From a virus (lineage: Duplodnaviria; Heunggongvirae; Uroviricota; Caudoviricetes), in the IMG/VR virus record IMGVR_UViG_2667527657_000005: a DNA stretch of 6,689 nucleotides; one strand, 5' to 3'. The notes below the pieces were generated by a model. That model saw only the letters and a program-made list of their open reading frames with translations, was not told where the DNA came from and searched no databases. Below, in pieces: positions 1 to 5,359 of the stretch (positions within the stretch are counted from its first letter, which is position 1; every line of letters starts with the position of its first letter). A program made the translations under genes and the position numbers.

Positions 1-45
1 CAATGGGAAATTGTTGTCGCCATTGTTCGATTAACGCGTATTTTT
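1..45 (-). CDS. IS3-family transposase OrfB, 5' end only (reached by -1 frameshift from orfA); partial at window edge
   Basis: The -1 frame relative to orfA is open from the A-run (plus ~40-46) to the window start and reads ...KKYALIEQWRQQFPI..., as expected for the start of an OrfAB fusion. Too short to confirm by itself. Confidence 0.4.
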
Positions 46-333
46 CAGCGACTCCTGTGCAAAATACGCTGTTGCTTTTTTTAATATATCGCGCTCAAGG
101 CGAGCTTCATTTAACGCCTTACGCAGTTGCAGAATTTCAGATTCCAGTTCAGCCACCGTGCGGGAACCAGGAGTACCGAGCCCTTTTCTGGCGGCGGTAA
201 CCCATTGTCCTAAAGTGCCTTCAGGAAGAGATAATCGGGAAGCGCCTTCACTGATCGAAAGTTGATTTTCAAGAACCGTTCTGACAGCTTCGGCTTTGAA
301 CTCTTTAGAGTAACGTTGGGTTTTTCTGCTCAT
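31..333 (-). CDS. IS3-family transposase OrfA (HTH DNA-binding plus leucine-zipper subunit)
   Basis: 100-aa ORF MSRKTQRYSKEFKAEAVRTV... with ATG at 333 and TAA at 31-33. N-terminal helix-turn-helix-like region and C-terminal heptad-like stretch (LESEILQLRKALNEARLERDILKKA) typical of IS3-family OrfA. An A-run (CTG AAA AAT) sits just before the stop, where -1 frameshifting into orfB normally occurs. Confidence 0.85.
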   Translation of the reverse strand: MSRKTQRYSKEFKAEAVRTVLENQLSISEGASRLSLPEGTLGQWVTAARKGLGTPGSRTVAELESEILQLRKALNEARLERDILKKATAYFAQESLKNTR

Positions 334-384
334 TATTAGCTCCTTCTGATGCCATTCTATTTCAGGAAGGAGTGTCCGTTAAAC

Positions 385-579
385 TCAGGCTACCTCACCC
401 GTCCCGGATACCGAGAACGTTTCGTCCAGCAACTGGAGAGAGTTCGACGGTGGCATCATTGCCCATGCCGGAGGCGCTGGAGGTTTCGGCTGAGGATGGC
501 ACAGGGCATTTTCCTTTGACGAGCACCCGACCACCATTATCAAGCTTGCGCCGAAGAGCATCATTTTCAGCTTTCGCAT
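385..579 (-). CDS. Rz1: Rz1-like o-spanin (outer-membrane lipoprotein) embedded in the +1 frame of Rz; 3' end runs into the IS
   Basis: ATG at 577-579. Product [44 protein letters not shown]... has a lipoprotein signal with lipobox VVGC and a proline-rich mature region, matching lambda Rz1 (MLKLKMML...VVGC...PPPPPAW). It lies wholly inside Rz in another frame. Only codons up to ~398 are native; the last ~4 codons and the stop come from IS sequence. Confidence 0.7.
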   Translation of the reverse strand: MRKLKMMLFGASLIMVVGCSSKENALCHPQPKPPAPPAWAMMPPSNSLQLLDETFSVSGTGEVA

Positions 580-799
580 CAGCTAACTCCTTCGTGTATT
601 TAGCATCGAGTGCATCAGCATCACGCTGGCGCTGCTGCATGTCAGTAATGGTTGCGTTCGCCAGCTTCAGTTCTCCGGCGTTTTTGTCGCGCTGCTCTTT
701 GTAGGTAATGGCGTTATCACGGTAATGATTAACAGCCCATGACAGGCAGACGATGATGCAGATAACCAGAGCGGAGATAATCGCGGTGACTCTGCTCAT
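395..799 (-). CDS. Rz: Rz-like i-spanin (inner-membrane spanin subunit), C-terminally truncated by the IS insertion
   Basis: ATG at 797-799 overlaps the endolysin stop (ATGA). Product [83 protein letters not shown]... has an N-terminal TM anchor and a coiled-coil periplasmic domain closely resembling lambda Rz (lambda sequence recalled from memory). The ORF ends in a TGA at 395-397 supplied by the first three bases of the IS terminus, so the native C-terminus (roughly 15-20 aa by comparison with lambda Rz, 153 aa) is missing. The six-frame track's upstream extension to 814 uses a TTG and is not favoured. Confidence 0.8.
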   Translation of the reverse strand: MSRVTAIISALVICIIVCLSWAVNHYRDNAITYKEQRDKNAGELKLANATITDMQQRQRDADALDAKYTKELADAKAENDALRRKLDNGGRVLVKGKCPVPSSAETSSASGMGNDATVELSPVAGRNVLGIRDG

Positions 800-1329
800 T
801 GATCTATCCCCCAACAGGCTAATGCGCTTTCCTGGTCACGACGAATAACCTGTCCATAGCAGTTATTTGAACGTATGCGGCAATCGCGCCCAACATCTTT
901 TATCCACCAGCGAATCGCCTCGCATGCGCCCTTACGATCACCGGCATTCAGCCGCTTATAAAACGTCGACGGGAAACACTTACCGGGGCCAATGTTATAG
1001 GGGCAAAATGACGCTATACCCGCTTTCTGGGGTTCGGTCAGAGGTACTTTAATATTGCGCTCCACCCATGCCAGCGCCTTATCACGTTCAATAGCGTTAA
1101 CCTGGTCACATTTTTCCTTCGACAGCTTCATTCCCGGTATGACAGGCTTACCATCCACCATTGTGGCACCACGACAGATGGTCCATATGCCAGAACCATC
1201 ACGGTATGCCGTTGTGTGATTACCCTCTTTTTCGTTCAGAAACTGGTCAAGTATCTGGGGAGCAGACGCGCCTGCGGCAATCAGCGCCAGAACAGCAGCC
1301 GACAGGCCGTATTTGATTTTTGCGCTCAT
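796..1329 (-). CDS. R: Phage endolysin, T4-lysozyme-like (GH24) muramidase with N-terminal signal-anchor-release (SAR) domain
   Basis: 177-aa ORF, ATG at 1327-1329. N-terminus [25 protein letters not shown] is a weakly hydrophobic Gly/Ala/Ser-rich segment typical of SAR endolysins (P21 R type). It is followed by a catalytic E...D...T arrangement ([18 protein letters not shown]) as in lysozyme-family endolysins. From memory it strongly resembles the E. coli cryptic-prophage lysozyme RrrQ; unverified. Sits between holin and Rz as expected. Confidence 0.9.
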   Translation of the reverse strand: MSAKIKYGLSAAVLALIAAGASAPQILDQFLNEKEGNHTTAYRDGSGIWTICRGATMVDGKPVIPGMKLSKEKCDQVNAIERDKALAWVERNIKVPLTEPQKAGIASFCPYNIGPGKCFPSTFYKRLNAGDRKGACEAIRWWIKDVGRDCRIRSNNCYGQVIRRDQESALACWGIDQ

Positions 1330-1394
1330 GGATATTTATCAGGATTTATCGGCAACAAATAACGAGCCAACTTATATACGCCTTTTAAGATAAG

Positions 1395-2024
1395 TCAGCC
1401 CCGGCTGGATCCAGTCATCAGGCTCTTTCTTAAAGGGGGAGTATTGAAATCACGAAGAAGAGCCTCCCGCACCGCAGCATCCATGTCTGCACCACTGGCA
1501 AGTGCTTCAATCTCTGCCGCCACCTGCAAATACCCCATGCAACGGCCAATGCGTTTCATAACTCTGGTGTTTTCGTCTTTCAGGCATCTGATAGCGAGAT
1601 TAATAATTTTCAGGCAGTGATGATGCGATGCCCGGACAGGTTTTCCGTTCTCATAAACGACGAACTCACCCTCTTCACAGGAAACCCTGAAAGGCCGATG
1701 GGGTTCCTGGTCTTTATCCGGTGCAGACGCAATAAAATCACTTTTATGCTCTTCCTCTCCGGCACTGTTAACCGTAATGACGTACTCAGGCCGCAGGTAA
1801 GCCGCCTCTTTTTCTGACAATGCGGCCGGTAAAAACTTTTCCTGCAAAAACTTCATAAAAGTCTCGTGAGCGACTTTGTGGCAGTAATCGTAAATCGCCG
1901 CATAATGCTCATCGCGGCGTTTGTTTTCATCTTCAGAACTCACCAACGCCGACAATTTTTTATTAAGCTCAGTGATTTCATTTTCCAGGTGATTGAATCG
2001 CTGATTCATTTCTTCATGCTTCAT
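1395..2024 (-). CDS. Hypothetical protein (209 aa), no family recognised; inserted between holin and endolysin
   Basis: ATG at 2022-2024 lies 3 nt after the holin TAA (2028-2030) and is preceded by GGGGAGAG, giving a Shine-Dalgarno with 6-nt spacing. Uninterrupted 209-codon frame with TGA at 1395-1397. Predicted N-terminal coiled coil (MKHEEMNQRFNHLENEITELNKKLSALV...), no TM segment, His/Cys-containing C-terminal half (RASHHHCLKIINLAIRCLK). I recognise no catalytic motif. Confidence 0.7.
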   Translation of the reverse strand: MKHEEMNQRFNHLENEITELNKKLSALVSSEDENKRRDEHYAAIYDYCHKVAHETFMKFLQEKFLPAALSEKEAAYLRPEYVITVNSAGEEEHKSDFIASAPDKDQEPHRPFRVSCEEGEFVVYENGKPVRASHHHCLKIINLAIRCLKDENTRVMKRIGRCMGYLQVAAEIEALASGADMDAAVREALLRDFNTPPLRKSLMTGSSRG

Positions 2025-2027
2025 TAT

Positions 2028-2243
2028 TTACTCTCCCCGTGCAGCCTTACGCTTGTCTTCTCTTATTTTGAAATACAGATTCGTCAGATAAGTCAGAAGC
2101 CCCAGAAGCAGACTTCCCAGCACACCAATCGCAGCCCACTGTGATGGCCTGACCTGATCCAACCACTGCAAAAACCAGTAGCCGGCACTGCCGGCGGAGG
2201 TGCCGTAGGCAATGCCCGTTGAAATTTTGTCCATGGATTTCAT
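2028..2243 (-). CDS. S: Class II holin / pinholin of the phage 21 S (S21) family, with dual-start motif
   Basis: 71-aa [74 protein letters not shown]. Two hydrophobic helices and a charged C-terminal tail. Starts at Met1 and Met4 (MKSM) match the S21-71 antiholin / S21-68 holin arrangement. Strong Shine-Dalgarno GGAGGTGA upstream of the ATG at 2241-2243. Pairs with the SAR endolysin downstream. Confidence 0.88.
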   Translation of the reverse strand: MKSMDKISTGIAYGTSAGSAGYWFLQWLDQVRPSQWAAIGVLGSLLLGLLTYLTNLYFKIREDKRKAARGE

Positions 2244-2403
2244 AGCCTCACCTCCGCAAATAACGGATGGCGTAGTTTTACACTGAGAAATGAAAGGGAT
2301 TTGAAAAGAAAAAAACGCAAAAGCGGGCGAAACGATATATACAGTAAGGAAAGCACTCTATCCAACAAACCACCCACAGTTAATCGGAATAAAAGCAGAG
2401 TGC

Positions 2404-2476
2404 TTATGAATGATCGCACGCCCGAAGGTTAGTATTTCTGCACAGCAATTTTGCAAAAAAAGGCGATCATTCATAA
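2404..2476. repeat. Perfect 14-bp inverted repeat (TTATGAATGATCGC / GCGATCATTCATAA) with 45-bp spacer, in non-coding DNA
   Basis: Read directly: arms at 2404-2417 and 2463-2476, each containing a GATC. Flanked by two further hairpin-capable inverted repeats (2351-2359/2397-2405 and 2484-2494/2519-2529). Confidence 0.65.
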
Positions 2477-2535
2477 CTTAAACGTCTTTCAGTCACTCCG
2501 GGATTTCCCATCATCGCAGACTGAAAGACTCTGAC

Positions 2536-2610
<75 letters not shown>

Positions 2611-2613
2611 ATA

Positions 2614-2689
<76 letters not shown>

Positions 2690-2691
2690 GC

Positions 2692-2768
2692 TGGCCCACC
2701 ACCGAGGACTCGAACCTCGCACCGTCAACTTAGAAGGTTGATGCTCTATCCGGATGAGCTAGTGGTGG
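2692..2768 (-). tRNA. tRNA-Arg (anticodon UCU, reads AGA)
   Basis: Reverse complement CCACCACTAGCTCATCCGGATAGAGCATCAACCTTCTAAGTTGACGGTGCGAGGTTCGAGTCCTCGGTGGTGGGCCA. Perfect 7-bp acceptor stem (C1-G72), anticodon stem TCAAC/GTTGA with loop CTTCTAA, T stem CGAGG/CCTCG, encoded CCA. A rare-codon tRNA of the kind carried by lambdoid/Stx-type phages downstream of Q. Confidence 0.8.
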
Positions 2769-2769
2769 T

Positions 2770-2846
2770 TGGTGGCCCTTGCTGGACTTGAACCAGCGAC
2801 CTGGCGATTATGAGTCGCTCGCTCTGACCAACTGAGCTAAAGGGCC
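2770..2846 (-). tRNA. tRNA with CAU anticodon, most likely tRNA-Ile2 (lysidine-modified, reads AUA); tRNA-Met not excluded
   Basis: Reverse complement GGCCCTTTAGCTCAGTTGGTCAGAGCGAGCGACTCATAATCGCCAGGTCGCTGGTTCAAGTCCAGCAAGGGCCACCA. Acceptor GGCCCTT/AAGGGCC, anticodon loop CTCATAA, T-loop TTCAAGT, encoded CCA. Very similar to E. coli ileX/ileY-type tRNA-Ile2 from memory, and in the position of ileZ in Stx-type phages. Confidence 0.8.
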
Positions 2847-2865
2847 GGAGGCAGAATAATAACCA

Positions 2866-2904
2866 TATGTCATCACATCTGCAAACTCATCTGACCACCA
2901 GCGT
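2866..2904 (-). promoter_or_regulatory. Putative sigma70 promoter for the tRNA array
   Basis: Minus strand reads TTGCAG - 17 nt (ATGTGATGACATATGGT) - TATTAT - 9 nt - tRNA 5' end. The -35 matches TTGACA at 4/6 and the -10 matches TATAAT at 5/6 with ideal spacing. Sequence-only prediction. Confidence 0.4.
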
Positions 2905-2932
2905 GTTTAACGTCCTGTACCGTTTTTCAGGC

Positions 2933-2960
2933 ATAAAAAACCCGCCCGGAGGCGGGTTTA
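2933..2960 (-). terminator. Rho-independent terminator, candidate tR' (late terminator downstream of Q)
   Basis: Perfect 6-bp GC stem CCCGCC/GGCGGG (2941-2946 / 2951-2956) with 4-nt loop, followed on the minus strand by a six-U run (plus 2935-2940 AAAAAA). Located ~85 nt downstream of the Q stop, where lambdoid phages place tR'. Confidence 0.6.
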
Positions 2961-3045
2961 AGCTGTGTGGCGAAGCAACCACTCTTAACAGAATATCCCG
3001 TTTTTTACGTACGTAAAATATTTTCTAGAAAGTCGCCCCTTACCA

Positions 3046-3426
3046 TCAGGGATGTTCAATATATTTGTCCATTTCTAACCGGACACCCAACATCATCAAC
3101 ATTCCTTCCACCACCCCCTCGGCTTTTTGTAGCTTCTTTCCTATATAACCATCTGAGCATCCATGCTTCCGCGCCAGCGTCATGAATGTCATCCCAAACA
3201 CGTAGTAGTCAACCAGCAAGTCATGTAGATCGTTGTTGTTCCGGTTAAGGCGGGCCATACACCCACATATAACCATCGCGTCATCGTCACAGCATTGCGG
3301 GCGGGATTTTACTTTTGAAGGGATTAATCCCTTAAAACCGGCAGCAATGGACGACCAGGTCACATCCTCATGATTATTAGCCACCCACGCGCCCCAGCGC
3401 TCAAGAACCTGCTGAATATCACGCAT
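3046..3426 (-). CDS. Q: Late-gene antiterminator Q (phage 82 / QuuD-like family)
   Basis: Product [60 protein letters not shown]... carries the conserved PQCCDDDA segment and ~126-aa length of 82-type Q proteins; resembles E. coli QuuD as I remember it. ATG at 3424-3426 overlaps the end of ninH (ATGCGTGA). The six-frame extension to 3462 starts at a TTG with no Shine-Dalgarno and is not favoured. Confidence 0.85.
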   Translation of the reverse strand: MRDIQQVLERWGAWVANNHEDVTWSSIAAGFKGLIPSKVKSRPQCCDDDAMVICGCMARLNRNNNDLHDLLVDYYVFGMTFMTLARKHGCSDGYIGKKLQKAEGVVEGMLMMLGVRLEMDKYIEHP

Positions 3427-3619
3427 CACTGTCTTTACCCCTGTCCCATCCACGATGAACAATCAGAACACCATCAACAATGGCGTGCCCTTTGCCCTCT
3501 TTATCTTCAGCATATTTTCTTACCGTGGCGCGATTACAGTTCAGCATTCGTGAAACTTCGGTCATATTACCTCGTGTCTGGATAAGCAGTTCCGGTATCG
3601 TTTGAATTTTGACGCTCAT
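3419..3619 (-). CDS. ninH: NinH-like small DNA-binding protein
   Basis: Product [61 protein letters not shown]... is closely similar to lambda NinH (MTFSVKTIPDMLVEAYGNQTEVARRLKCSRGTVRKYVDDKDGKMHAIVNDVLMVHRGW, recalled) and has the same position immediately upstream of Q. ATG at 3617-3619 preceded by GGAGAG; the track's start at 3622 is a TTG. Confidence 0.82.
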   Translation of the reverse strand: MSVKIQTIPELLIQTRGNMTEVSRMLNCNRATVRKYAEDKEGKGHAIVDGVLIVHRGWDRGKDSDA

Positions 3620-3713
3620 CAAATACTCTCCGGTTCGGTGATTTTTATCCCGGGCTTTCCACCAGGGACATAATGATCGCGCACAAGCCAGGGCAAAACA
3701 AACTCATGGCGCA

Positions 3714-3971
3714 TCAGCGCAGCGCCTCCTGCACCAGTTTTTCAAACTTTCCGACTCTGGTTTCCAGCTCTGCCACACAGTCCACCAGCTCATCTACTGC
3801 TTTCTGTGCGCGATGCTTCGCCTGCATCAGTTCCCGAAGCGCGGGTACCATATCTTTACGGATAGCATCTTTTGTTATGCCCGTTTTTTCGAGTTGTTCA
3901 GCATGACGCAGCATTTCCTGCGCGTGTTTACGCAATTGTTCAGGGGTAAAAGTCATTGTCTGGTTGTTCAA
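3714..3971 (-). CDS. Hypothetical small protein (80-85 aa), predicted all-helical; nin-region gene of unknown function
   Basis: ORF MNNQTMTFTPEQLRKHAQEMLRHAEQLEKTGITKDAIRKDMVPALRELMQAKHRAQKAVDELVDCVAELETRVGKFEKLVQEALR. A TTG start at 3969-3971 overlaps the helicase TGA (TTGA) and has GGAG 7 nt upstream; an alternative ATG at 3954-3956 lacks a Shine-Dalgarno. No family recognised. Real coding status is moderately supported by operon context only. Confidence 0.55.
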   Translation of the reverse strand: MNNQTMTFTPEQLRKHAQEMLRHAEQLEKTGITKDAIRKDMVPALRELMQAKHRAQKAVDELVDCVAELETRVGKFEKLVQEALR

Positions 3972-5359
3972 AAGAAACGCTCCATCTTACTGCTGTCAGT
4001 TCGTTTATTACTGTATCTGCGCGGATTGCCGGGCTTCATGGGAGTGGAAAGCACCCGTGCACTTTCCTGGTCCACAGGCAGAAAATGTCCGTTATAAAAA
4101 CGCCGGTAAATCGTTCCCAGAGAACCGTTACGTTGTTTCGTGATATTGATTTCTGCGATGCCCCTGGCCTGCGTATCCGGGTTGTACACTTCATCCCTGT
4201 AAAGCATCAGAATGATGTCTGCATCCGCCTCTATTTCTCCGGAATTTTTCAGGTCTGAGTTCATGGGACGTTTATTGGGTCTGGACTCCACACCGCGGGA
4301 GAGCTGGCTCAGCGCAATCAACGGAAAACCACCGGATTTTGCCAGGCCTTTAAGCCCCTTTGAGATTTCACCCACGGCAAGGTCATGACGCCCCGTGGTT
4401 CGGGTTTTTATCAGCCCGAGATAATCAACCACCACCAGCGCCGTTTCCGGATATTTAATCAGGTGGTGTTTCGTTGTTGCGCATATCTCATCAATGGCCA
4501 GGTTCGCCTGGTCCACCATCCAGATATTGCGCCCGGTCATCCGCCCCACCCCTTGTGAGAAACGCGTCCAGTCTTCATCTTCAAAGTGAGCCACAGATTT
4601 CAGGCGTGATACTGGCATCCCTCCAGCCGCAGACACCATACGTTCACCAATCTGGATGTTCGCCATCTCCATGGTGAACAGAAGCACACCATGCCCCTGC
4701 TCAGTCACCTTGTCGATGATGTCCAGCGCAAGTTCGGTTTTCCCCATCGAAGGACGGGCGGCAATGAATACCAGGTCTCCGGGCTCCATACCGCCTGTTT
4801 TTGCGTCCAGTTCATCAATACCGGTCATCAACGTCCTGGATTTCTCCAGCCCCTGATTCCGGCATTCAACACGCTCAACCACTTCCGGAAGCACATCATC
4901 AATATGTACCGGCTGAATGACGCCCTTTCCTGTCGACAGTGTGACCATCATGTTCTGCGCATCCTTCAGGGCATCTTCAGCTGCTTCACAGGTATGCGCA
5001 TCACGTAATTTCTGCAGCGCCTCATTCAGTGTTTTTTCTGCATCGCGCAGTGCGGCATTGCGCCGCAACGCTGCAACATAGTGCTCCAGTGAAGACTTCA
5101 CCCAGGTTTTACGCCCGGTATCAGTAATCACCGGGGCAAGTTCCGGCATCTCATTACACAACAGCACGGGGTCAATCACTCCTGAAACACGGGCCTGTCT
5201 GCAGATGCCTGTATAGATATCCTGATACGCTCGTACAGAAAAAACGTCCGCTGGCAGTGTGGCCAGAATATCCATCACTTCAGGATCTGCTCCGCGCAGA
5301 AAGAACGCGCCGATGACAGCGCCTTCAAGGTCATCGTTACGCCATACTGGAGTTGTCAT
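3968..5359 (-). CDS. dnaB: Replicative DNA helicase, DnaB family (phage-encoded, P22 gene 12-like)
   Basis: 463-aa ORF with Walker A FIAARPSMGKTELALD, Walker B-like LVVVDYLGLI and DnaB-type N-terminal and C-terminal RecA-like domains. ATG at 5357-5359 overlaps the dnaC-like stop (ATGA). Confidence 0.9.
   Translation of the reverse strand: MTTPVWRNDDLEGAVIGAFFLRGADPEVMDILATLPADVFSVRAYQDIYTGICRQARVSGVIDPVLLCNEMPELAPVITDTGRKTWVKSSLEHYVAALRRNAALRDAEKTLNEALQKLRDAHTCEAAEDALKDAQNMMVTLSTGKGVIQPVHIDDVLPEVVERVECRNQGLEKSRTLMTGIDELDAKTGGMEPGDLVFIAARPSMGKTELALDIIDKVTEQGHGVLLFTMEMANIQIGERMVSAAGGMPVSRLKSVAHFEDEDWTRFSQGVGRMTGRNIWMVDQANLAIDEICATTKHHLIKYPETALVVVDYLGLIKTRTTGRHDLAVGEISKGLKGLAKSGGFPLIALSQLSRGVESRPNKRPMNSDLKNSGEIEADADIILMLYRDEVYNPDTQARGIAEINITKQRNGSLGTIYRRFYNGHFLPVDQESARVLSTPMKPGNPRRYSNKRTDSSKMERFF

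Larger units (their letters stand above)
1..397 (-). mobile_element. IS3-family insertion sequence (IS600-like), partial; continues beyond the window start
   Basis: Contains an IS3-family orfA (31-333) and the start of the -1 orfB frame (1-45). On the minus strand the element terminus reads 5'-TGAGGTAGCCTGAGTTTAACGG (plus 397 downward), a TG-initiated end typical of IS3-family inverted repeats. Boundary at 397 is approximate (a few bp either way). IS600 assignment is from memory of the OrfA sequence. Confidence 0.75.

Noticed and set aside
3-200. 65-aa plus-strand ORF
   Set aside because: Lies antisense within the IS orfA/orfB region; no ribosome-binding site or recognisable product. Shadow ORF.
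372-704. 110-aa plus-strand ORF (Ser/Ala-rich, low complexity)
   Set aside because: Antisense to the well-supported Rz/Rz1 genes and spans the IS junction; composition looks like a frame artefact.
800-814. Longer Rz ORF starting at 814 (MGDRSMSRV...)
   Set aside because: TTG start inside the endolysin gene. The ATG at 799 overlapping the endolysin stop matches the lambda Rz N-terminus.
867-1052. 61-aa plus-strand ORF
   Set aside because: Antisense inside the endolysin gene; no support.
1617-2144. Plus-strand ORFs 1617-1817 and 1866-2144
   Set aside because: Antisense to the 209-aa gene and holin; low-complexity hydrophobic translations typical of the reverse strand of AT-rich coding sequence.
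2360-2476. 38-codon minus-strand ORF beginning at the ATG inside the 14-bp inverted repeat (MNDRLFLQNCCAEIL...)
   Set aside because: No Shine-Dalgarno, and the start is buried in a hairpin arm. More likely non-coding, though a micro-protein cannot be excluded from sequence alone.
2244-2535. Search for a toxin (stx-like) or other cargo ORF in the tRNA-to-holin slot
   Set aside because: The interval is only ~290 bp with no ORF of meaningful length on either strand, so no toxin gene is present here.
2967-3185. 72-aa plus-strand ORF overlapping the Q 3' end
   Set aside because: Runs across the terminator and antisense into Q; no ribosome-binding site. The region is better explained as the Q gene plus tR'.
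3427-3462. Longer Q ORF starting at 3462
   Set aside because: That start is a TTG with no Shine-Dalgarno. The ATG at 3426 overlaps the ninH stop and matches the expected N-terminus (MRDIQ...) of 82/QuuD-type Q.
3370-4258. Plus-strand ORFs 3370-3585, 3673-3906, 3813-4097 and 3956-4258
   Set aside because: All antisense to Q, ninH, the small nin ORF or the helicase 3' end; no motifs.
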